A DNA stretch of 24,184 nt from an uncultured bacterium. GTDB lineage: Bacteria > JAJVIF01 > JAPKYR01. Made by a program: the position numbers and the translations under genes. The stretch is taken from contig CBDURU010000048.1 in NCBI GenBank assembly GCA_965369865.1, forward strand, positions 1-24,184, written 5' to 3'. Positions within the stretch are counted from its first letter, which is position 1; each line of letters begins with the position of its first letter. The notes beneath the pieces are model-generated. The model was given only the letters and a program-made list of their open reading frames with translations. It ran no database searches and was not told the DNA's origin. Of this stretch, positions 14,219-24,089 are shown in pieces.

Positions 14219-15829
14219 TCATCCTTCCGAATCAGTTTCTTTCTCTTCAGGATCAGCGGGTTCCGGACTGTCAACCTTATTTTCTGCGTCAGTGGAGCCA
14301 GCCGTCCCGGTTACGGTCTCTTCTGTCTTTTCCCGGGCCTTTTCTTTAACTTCCCTGAGAGCGTCACCGAGATAATCAATCTCGAAAGTTGCCAGCGGAT
14401 CGTCGATGCTGTCGACAAAGTCCTTTTCCTTACCGAGTTCTTCCTCTCTTAATGTATCAAGAAATTCCCGGTATTTTTCTTCAGATACCCTTTCGACCTG
14501 CATTTTTTCAAGGAGGAAGGATGTCACTTTCTTGCGAAGAATGTCATTCCTTGTCCCTTCGACAAATTGAGGATCCTTAAGAAGGGACCTGATATCCTTC
14601 TCCTGGAGACCCTGCTGCATCCCAAGCATCATCAGGTAATTTGCGACTTCCTCGTGCCGGACATCGATTGATTCCTTCCTGGCGATCTCACGTGTGATCA
14701 GGTCGAGGCGGACCATTCTCTCAGCCTGGTATCGTGCCCGCTTGCGCATCTTTATACCTTTCTCGTTATCCTCCTTCATCAATTCGGAAGTGTCCTTCCC
14801 TTCGGAGTTGAGAGATTCCAGCGTCCGGTCGATCAACTCTGCAAATTTACCGCGCACCAGGTTTTCAGGGAGCGGGAACCCCTCCATAATAGAAAGCGAT
14901 GTCTCGAGCTGGTCCGCTTTGTCATTGCCATCGCTCCGGCTGAATCCGGTTTCAATCTCCGATTTCATTTTTTCTCTCAGGTCGTCGAGATTCTCAAGAC
15001 CCTGCTCGTTGAATTTCTCCCTGATAACTTCGTCGGTCAATTTTAGCGGGGTAATTTCCTTAATTCCCTGGAGCCTTACTTTCGCCTGGATCGTTTTTCC
15101 CCGAACACGATGGTCGCTGAAGTCCTCTGGCAATTCAAATTCAAACTCCCTGATCTCCTCCAGTTCCATCCCGACAAGATGTTCATCAAGGCCTTTTATG
15201 GCTTTACCGGCACCAACTTCCACTTCCATCATCTCGTCGGTCACATGCCATGGAATTTCGCCTTCAAGGGAGTTGATTTTTACATCCGGGGCCTCTCCAT
15301 TGAAGTTAATCATGAGTAGGTCGCCGTTTTTAACAATACGATCGGTGATATTTTTGGATTCGCCCAGCCGCATGCCGAGCCTGCGCAATTCTTCCAGAAG
15401 GATTTCATCGGTTACAACTCGAACTGGAAGCGTAGAGGTAATAGATTCATACTCGATATCCGGAATGGGAGGGACAATCTCAAAGACGGCCCTGTAATTG
15501 AATTCAGATCCATCGGTCCAGGGATCGAAGTCGATTCTGGGTTGCCCGATAATGGTAAATTCCTTTTCTCTTAAAGCCGGCCAGATAGTGGATTCGATAA
15601 CTTTTTCGTATGAATCGGCGAGAATCTGCTCCTTTCCAAAATGCCTGTTAATGATATTTTTTGGCGCTTTTCCGGGGCGGAAACCGGGGATATTCGTATT
15701 GGCAGCGAGATCCCTGTAAATTTTATCCTGTTCCTCCTTGAATTTTTCACTGGGAACCCCGATCGCGACATGCCATGTTGTAGGGGAGAATTGCTCGAAT
15801 TCAGTAGATGTGGAAAGTTTCTTGGCCAT
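14219..15829 (-). CDS. tig: Trigger factor with acidic C-terminal extension
   Basis: IPGFRPGKAP ribosome-binding signature and an FKBP-like core, upstream of clpP-clpX. Start moved to ATG 15829 because the longer ORF runs through the tRNA. Confidence 0.95.
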   Translation of the reverse strand: MAKKLSTSTEFEQFSPTTWHVAIGVPSEKFKEEQDKIYRDLAANTNIPGFRPGKAPKNIINRHFGKEQILADSYEKVIESTIWPALREKEFTIIGQPRIDFDPWTDGSEFNYRAVFEIVPPIPDIEYESITSTLPVRVVTDEILLEELRRLGMRLGESKNITDRIVKNGDLLMINFNGEAPDVKINSLEGEIPWHVTDEMMEVEVGAGKAIKGLDEHLVGMELEEIREFEFELPEDFSDHRVRGKTIQAKVRLQGIKEITPLKLTDEVIREKFNEQGLENLDDLREKMKSEIETGFSRSDGNDKADQLETSLSIMEGFPLPENLVRGKFAELIDRTLESLNSEGKDTSELMKEDNEKGIKMRKRARYQAERMVRLDLITREIARKESIDVRHEEVANYLMMLGMQQGLQEKDIRSLLKDPQFVEGTRNDILRKKVTSFLLEKMQVERVSEEKYREFLDTLREEELGKEKDFVDSIDDPLATFEIDYLGDALREVKEKAREKTEETVTGTAGSTDAENKVDSPEPADPEEKETDSEG

Positions 15830-15906
15830 TGGCTTTATAATCCTTGGATGAAGGTGAAAATTGCTTTGCCGGGTGTTTAATCGTAATGGAATTGGGCATG
15901 AAAAAA

Positions 15907-15978
15907 AGCGGGAAACGGGATTTGAACCCGCGACATCGACCTTGGCAAGGTCGCGCTCTACCACTGAGCTATTCCCGC
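15907..15978 (-). tRNA. tRNA-Gly(GCC), CCA end not encoded
   Basis: Minus strand reads GCGGGAATAGCTCAGTGGTAGAGCGCGACCTTGCCAAGGTCGATGTCGCGGGTTCAAATCCCGTTTCCCGCT: full cloverleaf, anticodon GCC. Confidence 0.98.
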
Positions 15979-16002
15979 AGGATGTTATATGTGCAACAAA
16001 AA

Positions 16003-16031
16003 AATCTACCGCATGAGGATTGGGATGTCAA
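16003..16031 (-). promoter_or_regulatory. tRNA-Gly(/tig) promoter TTGACA-N17-TAGATT
   Basis: Perfect -35 at 16026-16031 and -10 at 16003-16008, about 25 nt upstream of the tRNA. Confidence 0.75.
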
Positions 16032-16147
16032 GCGGACAACCGGTTAAGATCACACTGACGATCCCCGACTATGCATAATAACAACCGTGGACCAACCCAG
16101 TAGTATCAGAGCCATGACAGTGAGGGAGTGGTATATATGGTATAATC

Positions 16148-16250
16148 ACCCGCTCACTAAGGCTCGATAAAATGAGAGTTTGGCGCATTAGTAGAAAACC
16201 AAACCATGGAGGCTCCCTGACGGTCGGGCTGCTGCGCGGGTTCTTCTGTT
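16148..16250 (+). ncRNA. Candidate rod-shaped small RNA
   Basis: Nested pairs ACCCGC/GCGGGT, GGCTCGAT/GTCGGGCT (G.U on plus) and GTTTGG/CCAAAC. TGGTATAAT lies just upstream and a T-rich tract downstream. Confidence 0.4.
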
Positions 16251-16346
16251 TTAAACGCTGTGCAGGAATTTTTAGAGCTTTTTAGTGGATATTCAGGGAT
16301 TTTCCTTGCTTATAATGGCTGTGATGTGTAAATTCCATCAGGGAAA

Positions 16347-17255
16347 ATGACGATAAGTACAAATAATATGTGGAAACAGACAGAATCCGGAAAATTCCGG
16401 TGTATACGTTCACTGATTGTAGTTGTAATCTTATCCCTGGTATTCATATCCGGGCAGCGTGCGGATGCGGATGTATACCTTGTGGATTTTGATGAGGATC
16501 GGGCAGAATTCCTCATGCTGCAGGCGATTAATATGTTGAGGTATTCTGAGGGGCTTCCACTCGTGAGCCTTGATAGTAATCTTGCACGGTCGAGTCATTG
16601 TCACGCAGTTGACATGGCCCGGCGGGATTATTTCGACCATTTCTCGCCCGATAATGAAAGCCCGGACGATCGCGCGCGGCGGTTTGGAGTACCGAACAGA
16701 GTCTCAGAAAACATCGGGATCATTCGGACGTTCGGAAAAGACCTCCATGATGTGGTCGATTCCTTGATGGAGGGGTTTTTAAGCAGCCGGGACCATCAGG
16801 CTAATATCATGGACCCCGACGTAACACATGTCGGGATCGGTTTTTACCAGGATCTGGATGGGTCGAACCAGCAACTTAATACCGAAGCCGACCCTGACGC
16901 GATTTACAGAGGTTACGGAACCGTGCTTGTAGTTCAGGATTTTTGCAGGAGGAACATTAACCTTGTCGAACCCGATCCATACCCCGAATGGATGCATACA
17001 GGGGAATTCATAACATTAAGGCTTGAATTTATCGACGATGTCGAAGAGGTGTTCCTGAGGATAATTCCTCATGATGAGACCCTGGATGTTTATGAAATTC
17101 CGATGTCATACCGGGAAAATTTATACCAGGCGAGGTTCGCGATCGAGAATGAGGGTGACTTCACGATCGGAATCTACGCGGTTTCCCCGGAAGCGGACTG
17201 GTTTTACCGGGAACTGGGAAGCCTGGACCTTGAGGTTACGGATCAGCCATTCTAA
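16347..17255 (+). CDS. Exported CAP/SCP-domain protein
   Basis: Hydrophobic signal-like segment, then INMLRYSEGL, HAVDMARRDYFDHFSP, SENIG and HQANIMDPDVTHVGIG. Exact start uncertain. Confidence 0.88.
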   Translation: MTISTNNMWKQTESGKFRCIRSLIVVVILSLVFISGQRADADVYLVDFDEDRAEFLMLQAINMLRYSEGLPLVSLDSNLARSSHCHAVDMARRDYFDHFSPDNESPDDRARRFGVPNRVSENIGIIRTFGKDLHDVVDSLMEGFLSSRDHQANIMDPDVTHVGIGFYQDLDGSNQQLNTEADPDAIYRGYGTVLVVQDFCRRNINLVEPDPYPEWMHTGEFITLRLEFIDDVEEVFLRIIPHDETLDVYEIPMSYRENLYQARFAIENEGDFTIGIYAVSPEADWFYRELGSLDLEVTDQPF

Positions 17256-17352
17256 TTGAGATTTGTCCCCGTCTCTGCTAAAATCAGATGTGCTTACACG
17301 GTTTGCAATTGAGTGTAAATAATTTACAATAATTTTAATGAGAGGCCCAAGA

Positions 17353-17793
17353 ATGAAAAAACTGGCTTATATACTTCTTGTCTTTCTTGTCGTTCCGTTC
17401 CTTGCAGGCTGTCCTGGAAACACAAGACAGGATAAAGAGGTACAGACAGCTTTATGGGAATGGATACAGGAGGAGGAGACCAACGGCTGGACAATCATAG
17501 GATGGGAGAATATATCGTATTCGAATGTTATTATCGAGCATGAATTTCGTCCGACTCGTCTCAGGATCGTAATAGACCGTGATACAATGAATCCATTTCA
17601 CCAGCGTAACTGGATTGAGACGATCGTCCGTCAATGGAGGGATACCTATCCAGTCAATCTGAGACCCAGGTTCAGCCTGAAAGTCGAATTGTTCGACATG
17701 CAGATGACGAGTGATCACAACATTGGCTGGTCTGAAATAAATAGCGACGGGAGGGTCGAGACACACCATTCGGAAACACAGGATATGATATAA
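17353..17793 (+). CDS. Hypothetical lipoprotein
   Basis: MKK-hydrophobic-LAGC lipobox; GAGG upstream of ATG 17353. Confidence 0.8.
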   Translation: MKKLAYILLVFLVVPFLAGCPGNTRQDKEVQTALWEWIQEEETNGWTIIGWENISYSNVIIEHEFRPTRLRIVIDRDTMNPFHQRNWIETIVRQWRDTYPVNLRPRFSLKVELFDMQMTSDHNIGWSEINSDGRVETHHSETQDMI

Positions 17794-17830
17794 ATCAAGC
17801 CGGTAATAGAATCAAAACTGGAGTAATATC

Positions 17831-18277
17831 ATGAAAAAGAAAATTATACTTGCTGTTTTATTTATCGGGATGGTTATCCTTGCTGGATGTCGCACCGGTG
17901 AATACAACGTCGATTTGGTAATTTACGAGAAAATGCCGGCTCTTCTGGCTGCCAACGAGGAACTTGCGGCCGATCTGGCAAAAAATGAAGACGGCACGAT
18001 AATGGTGGAATTTGAGAAGGGTGAGATGTTTCTCCACCTGAGAGCAGGGAGGGATATGGACGAGGGTGCCCGTAATATGGCCACCCAGACAGCCTTCCAG
18101 ATTTTCCACCAGCAATACATGGACGACGAAGATAACCTCAGGGGAGATGGGACCTTCTACCGTAAGCTCATAGTTGTCAGGGGATTTGTAGAGGACACCG
18201 AGCTTTATATTCTTGAATGGAATTTGAACGATGAAGCTCCCAAGGTCCGGAGCAACCGGTTTGGAAACTACATGTAA
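17831..18277 (+). CDS. Hypothetical lipoprotein
   Basis: MKKK-hydrophobic-LAGC lipobox; GGAG RBS. Confidence 0.82.
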   Translation: MKKKIILAVLFIGMVILAGCRTGEYNVDLVIYEKMPALLAANEELAADLAKNEDGTIMVEFEKGEMFLHLRAGRDMDEGARNMATQTAFQIFHQQYMDDEDNLRGDGTFYRKLIVVRGFVEDTELYILEWNLNDEAPKVRSNRFGNYM

Positions 18278-18319
18278 CCGGTTACTGCCGCCAGGCCATT
18301 TCAGCAGGCAGGTTGCATC

Positions 18320-20602
18320 TTGACACCAGAAAGCAAAACCGCTCCCGGATTCCGACATATACTTGAGGCTGCTGTATTTTTCGGGGTTGTATACGGCATT
18401 ACCGATGTCAGCTTCCTCCTTACGGCCACACCAAACCTGTCTGAAGACATTCTGCTTGCGCTGCGTTTTATGTCGGCAGGCATATTTTTTACCATTATCC
18501 CACTGGTAATTTACCTTACTATCGTTTTTCTGATTCTCAAGCCTATAGCATCGGTAAGAAAATGGAGCCTGGATAGTACACTGGCATGGCTCTACACATT
18601 TGCGTTAATACCTGCGGGCCTGGTATTTGGACGAAGTTTCGCACTCCTTCTTGCCGGTGACAATATCCTGGCAACCGAACTGAAATTTCCATTGTATTTC
18701 TTTAAATACCTGGTTGTGATTGTGCCGGTATGCTGGGCAGTGGGATTCTGGCTGGCAGGAGTCAGGGTACATACAGAAAAAAGGGTCCTTTTAGTCAGGC
18801 TTAGCGCCATCATAGTGGGCGTCCTCGTATACCTGGTCGGTTCCATCCACTGGCAGTATGTCTACGTAATCGGACTGGCAAATACTTACTCCGAAGTGTT
18901 AAGCAAACCTGAGAACCTGGTAATTACACTTGTCACGGTTCTCGCAGCCCTGGTAACCTGGCCGGTAGCCCACTGGATATTCTCTCTCATGGTCCGTGTA
19001 AAAAATGGCATGTTAATCGGGGTTTTCTGGATAGCCGCGATTATTATTATCTACATACCGTTCCTGTTCGTTGGCGATCGACTCGCCGGGACGGTTCCAT
19101 CGGGTGCGGAATTATCCGGACGTCCATCGAATGTGCTTGTCATCACCCTTGACACCACACGTTATGATGAACTTGGTTTTAATGGGAATGAAGTTGTCGA
19201 AACCCCCAACCTCGATGCACTCGCCGACGACAGCATCGTTTTCGATAATGCGATTGCCCCAATTCCACTGACAGGACCGTCCCATAGCAGCATGTTTACC
19301 GGACTCCAGCCCGATCTGGATATCGGACATGGGGTCAAGGCAAACGGTATCAGGCTTCCGGAGGAAATTCCAACACTGGCATCGATCCTTGACAGCACCG
19401 GCTACAATACAGGTGCTGTCGTTTCCGGATACCCGATGATCCGCGAATCAAGCGGGCTCGAGCGGGGATTTCATTACTTTTACGATATTTTCTACGAAAC
19501 TCTGCCGAGGGATATTATCCCATCAGAATTCTGGTTCATAACGGCGGGGAAAATTTTCAGGAAGTTTGTCACGGTCGATACAAGCCCGCTGGGCGGCAGG
19601 TCAAGGGACGCGGATGAAGTCACGGACCTTGGAATAAAATGGCTCGAGGAGAATGGGGATGAACCTTTCTTCCTGTTCCTCCATTATTTCGATTCTCACT
19701 ATTTATATGCCCCGCCACCTCCGTACGATACGATGTACATGCCCGAATACAATGGCAAGTACAAAGAGCTTTACATTAATTATTTCGACCTGATCAAAGA
19801 GATCGGAACGCTTACGCCCGATGATCACCGGTTTTTCCGCTCGCAGTACAGGGGTGAGATCAGCTTCATGGACCATGAAATCGGCAAGCTGATGGATTGG
19901 GGAGCAGAACGCGGCCTCTGGGATAATACTTTAATAATCGTACTGGCGGATCATGGCGAGAGTTTCGAGCATGATTATTATTTCAGCCACCCGGCAAGGC
20001 TGTATGAGCATCTTATTCATGTACCATGCATGGTTCGCAACCCGGATCATGCTAAAGCGGGTCTGACAGGACAGCGAATCGATACGCTTGTGAATGTAAG
20101 CGATGTATTTTTCACGGTTCTGGATTTCCTTAATCTTGAACCGCCGGAAAGTGTGGAATCAATGCATGAGTCAGTGCCGGGAGCATTGACATCCTGGGAT
20201 CACAGCCTGCTTGGCCTTGCCGTAGATCCACATGGAGAGAATTCAACAGGCGAGGATACAGGATGGGACTACATCGCCAGCCAGTCTTACACAATCGGGG
20301 AAATTGAGGGCAATGACCTCGGAAGGTTTTTCTCTTACCGTTATCCAGGATGGAAAATGATTTACGGGCCGGATTGTGAACCTGTGTTGCCTACGTACCA
20401 GTATTTTAACGTTGAAACCGACCCGGAAGAACTTACTGACATTTTCCCTGAAATTATCTGGCAGGATCACATGTTCCCGGATGCCGTTGAATCGTTGACG
20501 GCATGGGCATTGATACAGGGAAAATCGATCGATTTTACCGACCTGACTCCCCAGCAACGCGCCGGACTTAAAGCCCTCGGTTATATCAGTGAAGATATGT
20601 AA
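18320..20602 (+). CDS. Membrane-anchored sulfatase-like (alkaline phosphatase superfamily) hydrolase/transferase
   Basis: About 250 aa of multiple TM segments, then NVLVITLDTTR, PLTGPSHSSMFTG, FLHYFDSH, ADHGE and LKALGY. Confidence 0.9.
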   Translation: MTPESKTAPGFRHILEAAVFFGVVYGITDVSFLLTATPNLSEDILLALRFMSAGIFFTIIPLVIYLTIVFLILKPIASVRKWSLDSTLAWLYTFALIPAGLVFGRSFALLLAGDNILATELKFPLYFFKYLVVIVPVCWAVGFWLAGVRVHTEKRVLLVRLSAIIVGVLVYLVGSIHWQYVYVIGLANTYSEVLSKPENLVITLVTVLAALVTWPVAHWIFSLMVRVKNGMLIGVFWIAAIIIIYIPFLFVGDRLAGTVPSGAELSGRPSNVLVITLDTTRYDELGFNGNEVVETPNLDALADDSIVFDNAIAPIPLTGPSHSSMFTGLQPDLDIGHGVKANGIRLPEEIPTLASILDSTGYNTGAVVSGYPMIRESSGLERGFHYFYDIFYETLPRDIIPSEFWFITAGKIFRKFVTVDTSPLGGRSRDADEVTDLGIKWLEENGDEPFFLFLHYFDSHYLYAPPPPYDTMYMPEYNGKYKELYINYFDLIKEIGTLTPDDHRFFRSQYRGEISFMDHEIGKLMDWGAERGLWDNTLIIVLADHGESFEHDYYFSHPARLYEHLIHVPCMVRNPDHAKAGLTGQRIDTLVNVSDVFFTVLDFLNLEPPESVESMHESVPGALTSWDHSLLGLAVDPHGENSTGEDTGWDYIASQSYTIGEIEGNDLGRFFSYRYPGWKMIYGPDCEPVLPTYQYFNVETDPEELTDIFPEIIWQDHMFPDAVESLTAWALIQGKSIDFTDLTPQQRAGLKALGYISEDM

Positions 20603-20614
20603 ATAAAAATTACA

Positions 20615-22885
20615 ATGAATTCCGAATTGAATAATGATAAATCACAGCCGGGATTTGCAGACGCATTTGAGGCCCTCCTGCTGTTTGGCATAATCGCCGG
20701 GCTTATCGACGCGAGTTTTATTGTAACCGGCCGTCCATTACTGGCGTCCGGTTTCATGGCCGCCTGGCAATTTTTCAATTCGTCGGCGATCCTTACACTT
20801 CTCACTGGAATACCATATTTATTAATTCTGCTCTTCGTAATCAGGGCACTGGCAAAAATTCGCGGCTGGACTTACAAATCAAGTCTCGTCATCCTGTATT
20901 TTTTTACACTGCTTCCGGTTGGAATGCTTGTTGTCTGGAATATTGCGGAAAATTTTGCATCCGGGAAGGTTGAAAATTCTGAATATCTCAGCCTGTTTTA
21001 CTTTTTATTCTATTTCCTTCTCCTGGTTCCGGCGGGATGGGGGATTTCGGTGTGGCTGTCCGGTGCGAGAATAAATCTGGCTCCCCACGTTTTTTACGGA
21101 CGGTTTACAGGATTCGTAACCGGACTGGCACTGTTCCTTATAACCGTTCCGGTACTGCAGACCAGGTTCCCCGGGGGGGCGGCGGGATCGTCAACATCCC
21201 GGATTGAAGCATTATTGATTGTAATCGGACCATTTGTGCTTGCCCTGATCCTGTATCCATTGTGCGGCTGGATCGCGGGTAGCCTTGCAAGCCGTGCTAA
21301 AGGAATTCCACTTCTTGTACTCTGGATCGTGGCGGGGATTTTTCCATTCGTGCCGTCACTAATCAACGGACCTTCGACAACGGGGTCCGAACCATCGTGT
21401 ACCAGCCTTGCCGGACGAAATTCAAATGTCGTCCTGATCTCAATCGATACACTCCGCGCGGACGATCTCGGATGTTACGGATCTGAAATTACCGCCTCAC
21501 CGAACATCGATCGGATCTCAGGGGGTTCGCTCACATTCGATAACGCGGTGTGCCCGATACCAATCAACGGGCCGTCGCATATGAGCATGCTTACAGGGCT
21601 TCAACCGGACGAACAGAGCGGTCACGGAATCATGGGAAATGGTATCCAGTTACCGATTGAAATTCCTACACTCGCGACAATACTTGATGTATCGGGCTAT
21701 AAAACCGGCGCCGTGATCGGAGGGTCGCCTCTCTCGCGGGATGCGTGCGGACTCCAGAGAGGTTTCCATTATTACAACGATATTTTCGTGGACAATTTTC
21801 GGACACGAATTTTTCCGGGTTATGTTTCGTCGCTTACCGCGGTGAAAATTTACAGGAAGGTATTTTCAGGCGGCGGGGCAGGTATACAATGGTTGAAAAA
21901 ACCTGCCGACATTGTTGTGGACCAGGCTCTAGAATGGCTTGATGGTCGCTCGTCGGAACCATTTTTCCTCTTCCTTCATTTTTACGATCCGCACGCTCCA
22001 CTGAGGCCGCCGGAACCGTTCGATACCATGTATTCGATGGAAATAAATGTCCCTGAATTTCAATACCGCGATCGTTACCCGGTTTCAGAGGAATGGGAAG
22101 CGGAAGAACCACAGTGGACCGATGAAATTGTCGCCGAACGACGGGCGCAGTACCGGGGCGAGATTACTTTCACCGACCGGGAAATCGGGAGGTTTATCGA
22201 CCGGGGATCTGAAAATGGATTATGGGACAATACCCTTCTGATAATTACAGCCGACCATGGCGAGGCTTTCGATACGAGATATCTCGGGCATATAAACAGG
22301 CTTTATGAATCGACGGTCCGTGTCCCATTGATAATCCGCGATCCAGACCTGGTGGAGAACGGGATCGAGGGCGGGCGAATCGGCGAACTCGTGAATGTCA
22401 GCGATATTTACTACACCGTCCTGGATTTCCTTGAGATTGATTATCCGGTAACAGCCGATGATATCCATCTGGATATCGAGGGTGCTGCCGGTGGGTGGGA
22501 TCATAGCCTTTGCAGAGCTACAGTGGGTTTCGACACGGCGCTGAATTTTGGCTGGGATTATATTCCGATGCTGACTTACGGCATTCCGACTTTAAACGAG
22601 ACTGAAGTTGGCCGAATCTTCGCATTCAGGTACCGGGACGCCAAACTTATCTATGCGCCATCCGCGGATGGACGGCTTCCTGAATTCCAGTTATTCGATC
22701 TATCGGCCGATCCACGCGAGACAACCGACACGTTTGGCGCGATTGACTGGAGTGAGGCCGGATGGCCGAATGTAGTTGAGAACCTGAAATTCTGGTCGAG
22801 AGTGCAGGGGGGAGAATCCGCTGTCATTGCCATGGACCCGCGTATGCGAGAGCAACTTGAAGCGCTTGGCTATGTCGGGAAATAA
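20615..22885 (+). CDS. Membrane-anchored sulfatase-like paralog
   Basis: Same architecture as 18320..20602: NVVLISIDTLR, PINGPSHMSMLTG, FLHFYDPH, ADHGE and LEALGY. Confidence 0.9.
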   Translation: MNSELNNDKSQPGFADAFEALLLFGIIAGLIDASFIVTGRPLLASGFMAAWQFFNSSAILTLLTGIPYLLILLFVIRALAKIRGWTYKSSLVILYFFTLLPVGMLVVWNIAENFASGKVENSEYLSLFYFLFYFLLLVPAGWGISVWLSGARINLAPHVFYGRFTGFVTGLALFLITVPVLQTRFPGGAAGSSTSRIEALLIVIGPFVLALILYPLCGWIAGSLASRAKGIPLLVLWIVAGIFPFVPSLINGPSTTGSEPSCTSLAGRNSNVVLISIDTLRADDLGCYGSEITASPNIDRISGGSLTFDNAVCPIPINGPSHMSMLTGLQPDEQSGHGIMGNGIQLPIEIPTLATILDVSGYKTGAVIGGSPLSRDACGLQRGFHYYNDIFVDNFRTRIFPGYVSSLTAVKIYRKVFSGGGAGIQWLKKPADIVVDQALEWLDGRSSEPFFLFLHFYDPHAPLRPPEPFDTMYSMEINVPEFQYRDRYPVSEEWEAEEPQWTDEIVAERRAQYRGEITFTDREIGRFIDRGSENGLWDNTLLIITADHGEAFDTRYLGHINRLYESTVRVPLIIRDPDLVENGIEGGRIGELVNVSDIYYTVLDFLEIDYPVTADDIHLDIEGAAGGWDHSLCRATVGFDTALNFGWDYIPMLTYGIPTLNETEVGRIFAFRYRDAKLIYAPSADGRLPEFQLFDLSADPRETTDTFGAIDWSEAGWPNVVENLKFWSRVQGGESAVIAMDPRMREQLEALGYVGK

Positions 22886-22922
22886 CTATTGAGATAGAGA
22901 TTTTAAAGTCCAGACAATCCCG

Positions 22923-23987
22923 GTGAGCGAAGAAACAATGCTACTTGAACCATTCACAGTCCCGGCTAAATTTTACGAGGATCACCCGTCAGGGAAAATC
23001 CGCTGCCTACTCTGCCCTATGCACTGCCTGATCGCTGAGGGCAGGGACGGATTCTGCGGCACCCGGCGTGTCAGGAACGGTGTGCTTGAAGCGGTGAACT
23101 GGGGCCTGGTAGTGTCGGCGGGAATGGACCCGATAGAGAAGAAACCGCTTTACAATTTTCATCCAGGCTCCGCGACCCTGTCATTTGGCGGACTTGGATG
23201 TAACCTGTCATGTATCCACTGTCAGAACGCTTCGATTTCAACGCCAAGGATCACAAAAATGGGCAGGATCACTGGTATGGGAAACGGCCCGATGACTCCG
23301 GAGGACGTAATCCGGACCGCTGTATCCCGTAACGCCGACGGAATATCGTTCACATATAACGAGCCGACAATATGGTTTGAATGGGCGCTGGAAACCTCGG
23401 TACTCGCAAAAGAAAATGGCCTTTACACGGTATTTGTCACGAATGCTTACATAGAACGGGAACCCCTGGATGAACTTGGCCCATACCTCGATGCATACGC
23501 GGCGGATATCAAGGGCTGGGGGCAGGATTTCCATACGAAATTCTGCAAAATACCAAGGTGGGAGAAAATTCTCGAGGCAATAGACCGGGCGAAAAATGTG
23601 CACGGGATGCATATCGAGACCACTACGAATGTGGTTCCCGGATACAACGACGATGACACCACATTGAAATCAATCGCTGGATGGGTTTATGAAAAACTCG
23701 GGCCATTAACTCCCTGGCATGTCTCGAGGTTCATACCGCATCATAAACTCGGTCACCTGGACCCTACACCCGCAGACACTTTGATCAGGGCAAGGGAAAT
23801 CGGTCTCGATGCGGGATTGAAGTATGTTTACATCGGAAACGTGCACGGACTTGAGGGGGTGGAGGACTCACACTGCCCGAAATGCGGGGAGTTGTTGATC
23901 AAACGAACAGGTTATTACACAAGGATCACGGGACTCGATGGTGATAAATGTGCAAAGTGCGGGGCATCGACGGGGATTGTCGTGTGA
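22923..23987 (+). CDS. amrS: AmmeMemoRadiSam system radical SAM enzyme
   Basis: CLLCPMHC...C, DPIEKKPLYNFHPG, GCNLSCIHCQN (CxxxCxxC), FTYNEP and C-terminal CPKCG...CAKCG. Confidence 0.92.
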   Translation: MSEETMLLEPFTVPAKFYEDHPSGKIRCLLCPMHCLIAEGRDGFCGTRRVRNGVLEAVNWGLVVSAGMDPIEKKPLYNFHPGSATLSFGGLGCNLSCIHCQNASISTPRITKMGRITGMGNGPMTPEDVIRTAVSRNADGISFTYNEPTIWFEWALETSVLAKENGLYTVFVTNAYIEREPLDELGPYLDAYAADIKGWGQDFHTKFCKIPRWEKILEAIDRAKNVHGMHIETTTNVVPGYNDDDTTLKSIAGWVYEKLGPLTPWHVSRFIPHHKLGHLDPTPADTLIRAREIGLDAGLKYVYIGNVHGLEGVEDSHCPKCGELLIKRTGYYTRITGLDGDKCAKCGASTGIVV

Positions 23988-24089
23988 TCTTAATTTTCGA
24001 TAAAAATTTATTGGTGCTTGATTTTTATTGTTTAATCAATCATAATTTGCGCAATTATTAAAATCCACTAAAAGGCTAGGAGAACCATT

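Noticed and set aside
14694..15497. 267-aa plus-strand ORF, and similar antisense ORFs such as 9754..10344, 10040..10555 and 17858..18358
   Set aside because: Ser-rich or featureless shadow ORFs lying opposite well-supported genes.
15830..15964. N-terminal extension of tig
   Set aside because: It is a translation of the tRNA-Gly gene and spacer.
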